Positions 18,734 to 28,114 of a DNA stretch of 64,000 nt are shown here, piece after piece. The DNA is from Oopsacas minuta (Eukaryota; Animalia; Porifera), in NCBI GenBank assembly GCA_024704765.1, contig JAKMXF010000303.1, positions 264,790-328,789 on the forward strand, written 5' to 3'. Position numbers and translations under genes: made by a program. Each line of letters starts with the position of its first letter. The first letter of the stretch is position 1. Below the pieces are notes generated by a model. It saw only the letters and a list, made by a program, of their open reading frames with translations, did no database searches and was not told the DNA's origin.

Positions 18734-21658
18734 CTACTCATTAAATAATACAATAGTTTTCTGATTGATCTGAGAGACCATTCTGCAGGGCTGCTGACCC
18801 CCCAATACCGCCTGTACACACGGGTGTGCTAGTACTGCCTGACGTATGCCCTCCTCTGAGTCTGTGACACCCAGGGGGATATAGATAGTGCACACCCACT
18901 GGTTGTCCAGCAGGACAGAGAATGGGATAGGCTTGCCTGCTCCCTGGTGCTCCTGGCCTGCAGTGTCTGCCTTGATACCGCGACACATGGCACGGATGGT
19001 TGGCGAGTATGTATCCCTCTCCAGTCGGCTCCAGAGATCAGTGGAGATATGTGGAGCCATGGGGTGTAAGAGCGCCAGTAGCGTCCTCAGACTGTGCTGG
19101 CATGCGTGTGTGCCAGACAGCACATCCTTGTGCTTGCGTATATAGTTGGTGAGCTTCATGAGCTGGGCGATGAGGGAGTTGAAGTTGAAGATGTGCGTCA
19201 TAGCCTGTGTAGAAACATGTACTGCTCTCTGGGTGAGTGACTCCAGGCCCTCTAGCACCTCCCCGTCAGCAGGTGCAGTCTCCCTGTGTGTATCCTGACT
19301 GGCGTGGTAGTGGCGGACGTGCTCAGCGAGTATTCCCTCCAGTTTAGCCCTCCAGCGTACAATGCCCACAATGGCCGTCTCATCCCACTGTAGGTCCAGA
19401 TGTGGGGGTGACTTAAAGAGTAGGAACAGCCTGACTACATCCGCGCCGTACTTCTCCACCATAACCTGTGGATTCACACCGTTGTACTTCGACTTGGACA
19501 TCTTCTCCCAGAACATCTCCACCCTCTGCTGTGAGCCCCTCTCTACCAGCACCCCTCCCGCTCCTGTCTCCACCTGCTCGGGCTGGATGTAACGCAGGGA
19601 GCCGATCAGCCGGTATGTCTTGCCGGTCACCATGCCCTGGGTGATCAGCTTCCTGAAAGGCTCCGGTTCAGGTGACACGCCCAAGTCGTAGAGGAAGTGG
19701 CTCACGAAGCGTGCATACAGCAAGTGGAGAACTGCATGCTCAATCCCGCCGATATACGTGTCTACTGGTAGCCAGCGGCGTGCTGCCTTTACTCCACACA
19801 GTGCTGATCCATTCTGAGGGTCACAATAGCGCATATAGTACCAGGAAGAGTCGATGAACGTATCCATGGTGTCTGTCTCCCGCTGTGCGTGTAGACTGCC
19901 GCACTGAGGACAGACAGTAGACGTGAACTGTTGACAGGTGCGTAGCGGGGAACTGCCTCTACCCGTCAGCTGCAGGTCAGTCGGTAGAAGGACAGGCAGC
20001 TCCTGTTCAGGCACAGGGATGGTCCCACATGTGGGACAGTGTACCATCGGGATAGGACAGCCCCAGTAGCGCTGTCGTGAGATGAGCCAGTCACGTAGAC
20101 GGAACTGCTCACTAGCCTGAATCCAGTTCTGAGACAGGATAACACCCCGTGCATCCTCCACACTCATCCCCAGCATGTCACCGGACTGTACGCGAGTACC
20201 ATCCGGAGAGAGAGCTACTCCCGATACAGCAGCACAGCCCCAGTGCTCTGCCACACGAGCATCTCTCTTGTTGCGAGCCGGTACACCCATCACCACACCC
20301 GTGCCATACTCCTGTACCACATGGTCCAACTTGAGTACAGGTAGCAGCTCACCAGTAATAGGATGGACAGCTCGAACTGGTAGCAGTTCGCCTCTCACCG
20401 TCTCCTGCCTGATGCCCTCCCTCTCACAGTCTGCCTCACTGCTGGAAGTGTGCTTCAGGTGTGTATCACGCGAATACCCCTCACTCAACGCGTGTTCACG
20501 TGACACACCCAGAAAGGTGGTGTCCAAGAGCTTCTCTGGGCTGGTAGTGAATACCCTCAACGGCTCCTGTCTCTTGTCGCCCTCCCTCACACTGCCATCT
20601 CCTTCCTGTAACTGGAAACTGATCAGATACCCCTCAGCTCGACCGATCCAGTGCCGCTGCATCTGCTTCACCTTCTCCGGCCAGTCCAGCTCGGCTAGAC
20701 CCTTCAGGAGGGCTTCTCTGTAGTGTGTGAGACGTACGAACCACTGGTTCAGTCGTCTACGCTCTACCCTTGCACCGGACCGCCACGACCTCCCCTCAGC
20801 ATCCACCTGTTCATTGGCCAGTACTGTCCCGTCCACAGGATCCCAGTTCACGTAGGCTTCCCTCTGATAGGCCAGATCATGACGATACAGCTGTGTGAAC
20901 AGCCACTGTGTCCAGCGGTAGTAGTCGGGTCTGCACGTGGTCACTTCCCTCTCCCAGTCGAACTGGAAGTTCAGCTGATTCAGTTGCTGACGCATCTGAC
21001 TGATGTTGGTCTGTGTCCACTCGACTGGACTCAGTCCTCTCTCGATGGCTGCGTTCTCTGCTGGCAGACCGAATGCATCCCAGCCCATCGGGTGTAGCAC
21101 ACTCTCACCTCTGGCTCTGTGATAGCGTGCGAGTGTGTCACTGATGGTGTACACACGCACATGCCCCATGTGGAGAGCCCCTGAGGGGTAGGGGAACATG
21201 GAAAGAATGTAGACCTCCCTAGCCCCAACGGTTTCCTCCCCCTTCTCGTCATGATACATTCTCAGGTTTGTGTGAAATAGTGATGAGCTTGATTTGTTAG
21301 TAGGCACCTTATAGTTCGAATAATTATGTTGCGGAATATATCCACGCCGAATTTCCTTTATAATACATTTTCCATTGAGAAGACCTCCTGCACCCCATAG
21401 CCTCTGATTCTGTCGCGAATGAAGAAAACGATGCAGAGCAGATGAGAATAAATATTGCCCCCTATCTGGGGTTGAGTATTTGAAGTGATGTAGTTGTGAA
21501 AAACTAAGTGATCTGTGTGAAGATTGGAATGTAAAATTGAAATTTTTGGTAACAATAGGTAAGGCAATAAATGGTATAGAAATATTTGAGGAATAAATTT
21601 GTGGTTTGATATAAAGTATAAGCGTACTAATGAATATCAGAAAAAGAATGGTAATCAA
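18734..21658 (-). CDS. LARS2: Mitochondrial leucine--tRNA ligase (full copy; true start unresolved)
   Basis: MFPYPSGALHMGHVRVYTISD, WDPVDGTVLANEQVD..GRSWRSGARVE, DWLISRQRYWGCPIP, DTMDTFIDSSWYY, KMSKSKYNG. The ORF opens at TTG 21658; the first in-frame ATG is at 21259. Ends ...KTIVLFNE. Confidence 0.93.
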   Translation of the reverse strand: MITILFLIFISTLILYIKPQIYSSNISIPFIALPIVTKNFNFTFQSSHRSLSFSQLHHFKYSTPDRGQYLFSSALHRFLHSRQNQRLWGAGGLLNGKCIIKEIRRGYIPQHNYSNYKVPTNKSSSSLFHTNLRMYHDEKGEETVGAREVYILSMFPYPSGALHMGHVRVYTISDTLARYHRARGESVLHPMGWDAFGLPAENAAIERGLSPVEWTQTNISQMRQQLNQLNFQFDWEREVTTCRPDYYRWTQWLFTQLYRHDLAYQREAYVNWDPVDGTVLANEQVDAEGRSWRSGARVERRRLNQWFVRLTHYREALLKGLAELDWPEKVKQMQRHWIGRAEGYLISFQLQEGDGSVREGDKRQEPLRVFTTSPEKLLDTTFLGVSREHALSEGYSRDTHLKHTSSSEADCEREGIRQETVRGELLPVRAVHPITGELLPVLKLDHVVQEYGTGVVMGVPARNKRDARVAEHWGCAAVSGVALSPDGTRVQSGDMLGMSVEDARGVILSQNWIQASEQFRLRDWLISRQRYWGCPIPMVHCPTCGTIPVPEQELPVLLPTDLQLTGRGSSPLRTCQQFTSTVCPQCGSLHAQRETDTMDTFIDSSWYYMRYCDPQNGSALCGVKAARRWLPVDTYIGGIEHAVLHLLYARFVSHFLYDLGVSPEPEPFRKLITQGMVTGKTYRLIGSLRYIQPEQVETGAGGVLVERGSQQRVEMFWEKMSKSKYNGVNPQVMVEKYGADVVRLFLLFKSPPHLDLQWDETAIVGIVRWRAKLEGILAEHVRHYHASQDTHRETAPADGEVLEGLESLTQRAVHVSTQAMTHIFNFNSLIAQLMKLTNYIRKHKDVLSGTHACQHSLRTLLALLHPMAPHISTDLWSRLERDTYSPTIRAMCRGIKADTAGQEHQGAGKPIPFSVLLDNQWVCTIYIPLGVTDSEEGIRQAVLAHPCVQAVLGGQQPCRMVSQINQKTIVLFNE

Positions 21659-21740
21659 TCTTTATAGCTATACATTATTACGTAAGTATTTTGATGATTA
21701 CACAAGATATTTAGGACAAAAAGAACTTAAAATGATAAAA

Positions 21741-22005
21741 GCACCACGATGCAACTTTGTTGCATGAAACAAGGCAACATGCGCGGTGCAACAATGCAAA
21801 ATTATCATGCAACATTGTTGGAGAAAACAGAACATGTTATTTCCATGCAACAAGTTTCTTACAACATTGTTGCATACAAGATACAACTCTGGCCATATAG
21901 GGTGTAACAAATTTGCCCCCAAAATTCATGCAACAATGTTGCAAGCAATCTTTTGCATGGAAAATTTAATATACACGATGCAACAGTTGGCATCGTGGAT
22001 GGTGC
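21741..22005. mobile_element. Harbinger/PIF-like MITE with internal tgcaaca/tgttgca palindromes
   Basis: Ends gcaccacgatgcaactttgttgcat / (rc) gcaccatccacgatgccaactgttgcat. The superfamily call is tentative. Confidence 0.55.
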
Positions 22006-22721
22006 AAAAATAAATTGATAAGAAGAATTCTTTTCTTTAAAGAATAAACGCAATCTGTTGTCTAAATAAGTAAATACTAAATACACAGAAATCAAACATT
22101 TAGCTGGGTGGTTTTCCACGATTTGCCATAAAATAAAACTAGAGCAAGGCATATGATATATGTGAACCAGAGTCATATAGATTATTCAGAGCACGCTCCT
22201 AAATATAATTTCATCAAAATCATACACCTAGAAGAGCGTTAGGCGCGCGGGGCAGTCCTAGATAATTACTTGATGTGAACGGTTGTTTTAATTGGAGAAT
22301 ATATGAAAAGCGTGAGAAGAAAGTAAACAACAATGATTGCATAAGAAAATAAAGTGCCTATAGTAAATTTTACTATATTGATCTAAATTAGGGAGAAAAG
22401 CCAAGACAGGGGTGGATTGGGGACTTAAAGCGGCCTCGCCAAATAGTCCTAAACCAATTATGTTAGTCAACACACACCGGTCCACTAGCTCACCAGCTCA
22501 CTAGCCTATCAGTCCATACGACCACCAGCCCACTGGGCATTTGCTAGGTATCTTGGTGGCCCAATCTGCCTATGGGCCCGGGTCTAGCTATATCACTTCC
22601 ATCTCAAGTGACAGGTGTTTGTAGCGAACATAAACAGTAACTAACTATACTAACTATATAAGATAACACAACTAAGGTTAAAATATAAATGCAAAGAATA
22701 AGTTAAGGAGCGGGGAGAAAC

Positions 22722-22753
<32 letters not shown>
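22722..22753. repeat. (AAT)n microsatellite
   Basis: About 10-11 AAT units; a similar interrupted tract lies near 28806-28843. Confidence 0.9.
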
Positions 22754-22755
<2 letters not shown>

Positions 22756-22805
22756 TCATCTCAAATTTAGTACAATGAATAATTCATATATAATTTGTTC
22801 CTAGG

Positions 22806-24248
22806 CTAAGTTTGACTGAATCTTTTGCATAAGAGTGAGTCTGGGTCTGAATTGGTAAATACGAAGTCATTAGAGATAAATGTTTCTTCGAAGTATATAG
22901 GGTGGTGAATCGGTTCATCAGTTATATGACTTGGGAGAATGTCTTGATCACTGACGAGCCAAGAGTCGAAATCAAGAGGAAGATTAGCAAAGTATAAAAG
23001 GTCGTTTTCAGGATATTCCATAGAATCCTCGTCAGAACCAGTTTCTATGAATCCGTTAGGGAATGCAGAGAGTAGGAGAGCTGCTTGTGTATCACTGGGC
23101 TCAGAGGCTGGTCTAGGTACCTGCTTCATAACATTAACAGACTCCATTACACATTGGAAGCTACCTACTTCCTCTACATGTACGTGTAGCTTGGAATCAT
23201 TCATAATAGCGTTATCTTTGTTAAGTAATGGGATTATAGGAGGTTGAGGTTGTGGATCTAGCTCCCAGTGCTCATATACTTGTTTATACATATCTAGATC
23301 AAAATCTGGAAGTAGATGAGCCTGGTTATAGAACAGATAGCAATTGTATACGGCGTGTCTGAGACAGTCAGACCAACAACGGAGCCTCTTACTATCCATG
23401 AGACGCTGATCAGTTTTGATGTTTTGCCAGGGTACACAGCCTGGCCACCAGTCAGGAACCATGGATGGGTTATGCCACTGCGGAGTCTTCCTCCCCTCTG
23501 CTTCACACAGTAACATCCGGAGGAATGATCTCAGTTGAGCTTGAGTCATCTCCTCCACAGAAGTAGGGATACCATGGATTAGGATGGGTGGCAGAATATT
23601 AGAGACTGATTTGAAATTTATATCAAATTTACTCGCTACTCTCTTGTGCATCTGCTTCAATTTACGATGAGTATTCTTTTGTATGTGGTGTGCGTACTTG
23701 CTAACATACTCTTTGATAGGAGAGGTCCCGAATATCTTCATAGCGTTAGTGGGATTTACCTCACTCGGTTCATAGACAACTACTGTTGCCTGAAGACCTA
23801 CATGCATTGAGAACTGGTGGAGTAGATCTTCTAACTGCTGCACATACTGGGCATACAGCTTCTTTCTAATCTCAGGATTTTTCTCGAACACAACACTCGG
23901 TTCCTTGTGACGGCCACTCGAGATAGCAGCAATGGAAGACATCCCTGCAATGCCTTGCTGACAGAGCTCTTGGAACAAGGGACCCTCTTCGCTGTCTAGA
24001 AGGAACATCTTATTGGAATCCTTCCTGATCTGACCTGTTGATTTTATACTCTCCAATTTGCGACGTCTCTTCAGATCATTCCGCTCTCCATGACAGTGTC
24101 TCTGTTTAGCCCGCTTCTGCAGAGAGCCCAGCTGATTAGTCTGCCTCTTGCAACAATCCTTTCTCTCTGAGTAGGAGGAACTAGAGTTCACAAGTAGAGG
24201 ACAACTCTCAGTTTTATTTTCTACATTTTGTGTATTAGTGTCAGCCAT
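22806..24248 (-). CDS. NRF1: Nuclear respiratory factor 1 / erect-wing family transcription factor, intronless 480 aa
   Basis: DNA-binding domain signature: GIPTSVEEMTQAQLRSF...WWPGCVPWQNIKTDQR...WSDCLRHAVYNCY. Confidence 0.9.
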   Translation of the reverse strand: MADTNTQNVENKTESCPLLVNSSSSYSERKDCCKRQTNQLGSLQKRAKQRHCHGERNDLKRRRKLESIKSTGQIRKDSNKMFLLDSEEGPLFQELCQQGIAGMSSIAAISSGRHKEPSVVFEKNPEIRKKLYAQYVQQLEDLLHQFSMHVGLQATVVVYEPSEVNPTNAMKIFGTSPIKEYVSKYAHHIQKNTHRKLKQMHKRVASKFDINFKSVSNILPPILIHGIPTSVEEMTQAQLRSFLRMLLCEAEGRKTPQWHNPSMVPDWWPGCVPWQNIKTDQRLMDSKRLRCWSDCLRHAVYNCYLFYNQAHLLPDFDLDMYKQVYEHWELDPQPQPPIIPLLNKDNAIMNDSKLHVHVEEVGSFQCVMESVNVMKQVPRPASEPSDTQAALLLSAFPNGFIETGSDEDSMEYPENDLLYFANLPLDFDSWLVSDQDILPSHITDEPIHHPIYFEETFISNDFVFTNSDPDSLLCKRFSQT

Positions 24249-24750
24249 GTCTGGATTTTACAATTTGCTTGTCAAATGTTTTCCTAGTAATCATTCTCTT
24301 TAGTGCTAGTAGGTACTGTTAGAGAAGTCCAAACGAGTAATTGTAAGTTTACGGTTTTGGGACGACTCTTGTTTCTAATTATGTGACATAAATAATTAGT
24401 AAATAAATAAATAAATAGAAGTAGATCAACATTAATAAAAGTCATAATCATTAATGTATTATTGAAATGTGTGATTACTGTAGAATGTAGACCCCCTAGC
24501 TAATCCGAACAGCCCAGTATAATGAAGTATAACAAATATACGTATGTTATCATTCGGATTATTGAATAGCATCGAATCTATATCAACATTATTAAATCTC
24601 AATTGTTGTTTGTTTATTTGGTTGTTTATCCGTTGTCAAGGAAAGGATTTACGGTATGCAATTTTGAAATTGTCTCATAACTATGTATTTATTGTGTTTA
24701 TCAAGGAAGTAAATAGAATTCAATAAAACTTCACTAAATATAGCGAACAT

Positions 24751-24870
24751 GCTGAATCCGATTTTCACACTTTTGGATTAATCATACGAAATTTATTGTT
24801 GTTTTTATGAATAGAAAGTAAACAAATTATCCAAATCTCAAAATATAAGTACAAGCTTGCTCTAAACGGC
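24751..24870. repeat. Dispersed repeat family (other copies about 9248-9420 and 61409-61620), probably a TE subterminal region
   Basis: Shared gctgaatccgattttcacactttt.gattaatcat...ttgt.gtttttatgaata.aaagtaaaca. Confidence 0.65.
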
Positions 24871-26057
24871 AATTTTTGGGACGAAATTCACACCTATGAC
24901 GAAATTATGAACGAAGTCCCGAGATTACTAGCCAAAAGCGACATAGCCTCTCCAGTGTCACAACAGAAGGCCATTGAATGTAATTTGGATCGGCTATGGA
25001 TAATATAATCTTAACTATTCTGTGAATTCGAGGCACGTAGTGTCGAGTATATCTGTTGCGTAGCGCCCAATAACACTACAAAATTTAGCTGTTGAATTAA
25101 TACTTAAGCTAACCTGGAGCACTAAGCTGTCACGGAGCGGCCTAGCAAGCAAAGCGCGTTAGTATTATACGATCTTGGAGAACGTACATTTTCACGAAAG
25201 TTGTACAAACCATAGAATGATATGTACAAGCGATTGTGTAAGAAATTCAAAATAAAATAACTTAAAGTGCAAATGAATAATTACTATTACTACTACTACT
25301 ATGCATTTATATATATTGCATGTGTCTAATTATTAATCTTCTATTTATAGAATGTGGTAATAGCCCTTGATTAAATTACTGTAACTTATTACATAACATT
25401 GTTGCCTAAAGCAGTTATAACAATCAGAAATGTAAATATCGTCACCAAATTTATCAATTGCTATACATCAGGCTGGTTGTATTCACAATATAATTCAGGA
25501 TACAATTTAATAACTCTTGGTGATAAGAAACCAAAATTGTAAACAGGTATTCCATTCAGATATATTCCGTGTTCGATATAACGGGAGTTGACCTTAGCTA
25601 ATTAACTATTTTCACCTCCGATTTATTACAGACTACATGGTTAGTAATACAACTAATGACACATTACGTTTCCCTGTATTATCTATGTAAATCCCTGGAA
25701 GCTGGAGCAGATGTTTAATTCGATAACTACTAATCTAGGAAGGCACCATTTTGGAGTTATGTGTTCTGAGATATTTCATATGAATTATATGCATAAATAT
25801 ATCGCAGATATCATAAGTTTCAAAAAGAACCAGTATCTCTGAGGAGGAGCTTGAAACTCTTTGACAAATGATCCACAAGATAACCAGGCCGATGCGAACT
25901 TTTGTAGATTGGCAAGTCTGCCTGTAGCTGTATCCAATTGAAAATTAATAACCGGGGAGGATTACAATTGGAACAATAGACTACGATTATAACACAGTGT
26001 ATTCATTATCCAAGGAATGTTTTAATCAACAACAAAATAACAGAGAAAAATAATTTC

Positions 26058-27548
26058 TCACATAGTGAGACATACATTCCTCACTACTCTTTCCCAACAA
26101 GTGAGCAGATGAGAAACAGTGTACTCCCCTGCAACTGATACCATCTCCTCAACAAAGCTCTTCTTAACCTGACGAAGGAATGGAGTAGAGTCATAATGCT
26201 CAGTGAGGTCTGATTCAGGACTAGACCGAGGGTAGTCAGCTGGTATCTTTACGATTAGAGGCGGGACTACTGGAAGACCTTCTCGCTTGAGGTTACACTC
26301 CAGTTTTAAGTTAAAGCATACACTATTAGAAGTAGAGATTATGTCTACGGAGAATATACGGGGATCGAGACGTTCTATTTCAAACTTGAGGAAATACTCA
26401 GTTCGGTTGATTGGAATATCTAATGTAAAGTCAGCAGGCAGTCTATTGTCTGGGAACTTGCTATCAGAGAAGAAGTTAAGAGAGGTTGTATTGATAGAAG
26501 TATCAGTGAGAGTTAATTGTAATATCTGTTTCCACAAGTGTTCACACTCCTGAATAATCTCACGCAATCCTTCCTGCTTAGGTTTTAAGAGAGGTAGGAA
26601 GGAATTTATCTTCTTAACATACTCGTTATCTTGTTCCTTATTCTGAGCTCGGTAAGTTTCAAATGTAGAAACGATTTCCTTTGATCTTTTAACCAAATCA
26701 TTTTCCTCTGGGAGCGGGTTAGGTACAGATGGAATGTTTGGATACTGCTGATACAGCTGAGTATTAGAGGGAGGCTGGTGAGTATCATGGGACATTCCTA
26801 TAGGAGGATGAGAGGGCCCCGAGGAGGCTAGAACACTCCCCATCATTGGATGTTGATCTTCTATCTTAATTCCTTGGAGCTGTGTGTTAACATTCATACG
26901 TAATCCATCAAGTGGAGGCTTAGGTACCACGTGAGAGATCCCAGGCATACTTAATCTAGGGTGTTGCTGTGGATGTGTGGGATACCCCATAGACTGAGTG
27001 AGACTCATTTGTCCAGGAGGAGGATACATGGAATTTCTCAACATGTAAGAGTTACCAGCATGACCACTACTCATGCCTTGTTGGGATCCATGGTAGCTCT
27101 GCATCATTGTACTCTGACCCATGCTTATGTTACCCATGCCCTGAGCACTCATGATATTCTGAGGGGTTTGTGTCAACTGGTGGGGATGAGGTGCGTAATG
27201 TCCATTCATACCATAGCTCTGATTTGTCATTGCAGGATTGAAACCTGTCATATGATTTGGATTAACTCTCCCTGATCCCATCCCCATAACAGCTTTACTA
27301 GGCATAACTGTACCCATACCACCAGCAGGATGTATGCTCTGTGCTGGACGATAGGGTCTATTGAAATTTTGGTTAGGATAGTGATGATTGCCTGAATAAT
27401 GTGCGTAGCTCCCCTGTTGTCCTAACATCATTGAACCTCTCGGTTGATGGTACGAAGCATCAGGTGGCATTCCTTGCATTGATCCTATACTCATCATTTG
27501 TCTATTACTTTCCAAATCATATTGAGGTTGTCTAGGATGTGTATACAT
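26058..27548 (-). CDS. MED15: Mediator subunit 15-like (Q/M/P/G-rich region + Med15 C-terminal domain), 496 aa; no KIX domain seen
   Basis: C-terminus EIERLDPRIF...GLPVVPPLIVKIPADYPRSSP...YDSTPFL...YTVSHLLTCWE matches the MED15 C-terminal domain. Confidence 0.8.
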   Translation of the reverse strand: MYTHPRQPQYDLESNRQMMSIGSMQGMPPDASYHQPRGSMMLGQQGSYAHYSGNHHYPNQNFNRPYRPAQSIHPAGGMGTVMPSKAVMGMGSGRVNPNHMTGFNPAMTNQSYGMNGHYAPHPHQLTQTPQNIMSAQGMGNISMGQSTMMQSYHGSQQGMSSGHAGNSYMLRNSMYPPPGQMSLTQSMGYPTHPQQHPRLSMPGISHVVPKPPLDGLRMNVNTQLQGIKIEDQHPMMGSVLASSGPSHPPIGMSHDTHQPPSNTQLYQQYPNIPSVPNPLPEENDLVKRSKEIVSTFETYRAQNKEQDNEYVKKINSFLPLLKPKQEGLREIIQECEHLWKQILQLTLTDTSINTTSLNFFSDSKFPDNRLPADFTLDIPINRTEYFLKFEIERLDPRIFSVDIISTSNSVCFNLKLECNLKREGLPVVPPLIVKIPADYPRSSPESDLTEHYDSTPFLRQVKKSFVEEMVSVAGEYTVSHLLTCWERVVRNVCLTM

Positions 27549-27612
27549 CTAAATGGTGTAAAGTTAGATATTCAGTCGGGAAACAGTTTGTAATTGCGAA
27601 GACCTGTTAGAA

Positions 27613-27699
27613 CAGTGCAGTAGTTCTCAACCTGGGGTCCACGACCCTTAGTGTTTCTGTGGTCCCAGGTACGCGGGTGAAAAAAGCTTGAGAACCTTG
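27613..27699. mobile_element. hAT (Charlie-like) MITE with 8-bp TSD
   Basis: cagtg-cagtagttctcaacctggggtcc...ttgagaaccttg, flanked on both sides by TGTTAGAA. Confidence 0.75.
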
Positions 27700-28114
27700 T
27701 GTTAGAACAATAAATATAGCAATATTTTGAGTCAATGTTAAACTATCCTAATTTTATTTTAATCGGATTAGTTCAAGGGATCGTGGGAAGTATTTAAAGA
27801 ACTGTGAGGTATTAAGTGGGATAGGGCCGGTGTTTGTACTCAGGCAAACCCACTTTCTCTGCCCTGGCAATAACAAAATCTCAAATACGAAAATGAATAA
27901 AATTTAAATAAAATCAAGCAGTTAAGAAAAATAATAACTCAAAAAATATACGTCTCACACAATCTGACTAGTAAATTTAAATATTCCACGGTATTCCAAT
28001 TATATTATTATATTCGCAAGAACACGAATACTACAAAAACAGTTTAACGTCTTTGACAGTAAATCATAAATAAATATAACTAAGTTAGCACAAATGAGAA
28101 TAGAAAAGAATAAA

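Larger units (their letters stand above)
16189..21221. repeat. Large palindrome: 2475-bp inverted arms 16189-18663 and 18747-21221 with an 83-bp quasi-palindromic spacer
   Basis: Mirror ORFs all sum to coordinate 37410, so there are no net indels, and their translations are identical. Arm ends were checked by eye. Confidence 0.97.

Noticed and set aside
16189-21221. Palindrome as a pure fold-back sequencing artefact
   Set aside because: Disfavoured, not excluded: diverged homologous margins on both sides and different stop codons are hard to produce by a chimeric read. Spanning reads are still needed.
16119-21252. The many 60-180 aa ORFs within the palindrome as separate genes
   Set aside because: They are off-frame or antisense shadows of GC-rich LARS2, duplicated by the symmetry.
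18734-21259. LeuRS as a bacterial insert or contamination (intronless, GC-rich)
   Set aside because: It has mitochondrial-type signatures (HVRVYTISD rather than RNYT.GD; VD..GRSWRSGA), continues into host-like AT-rich sequence, and many neighbouring native genes are also intronless.
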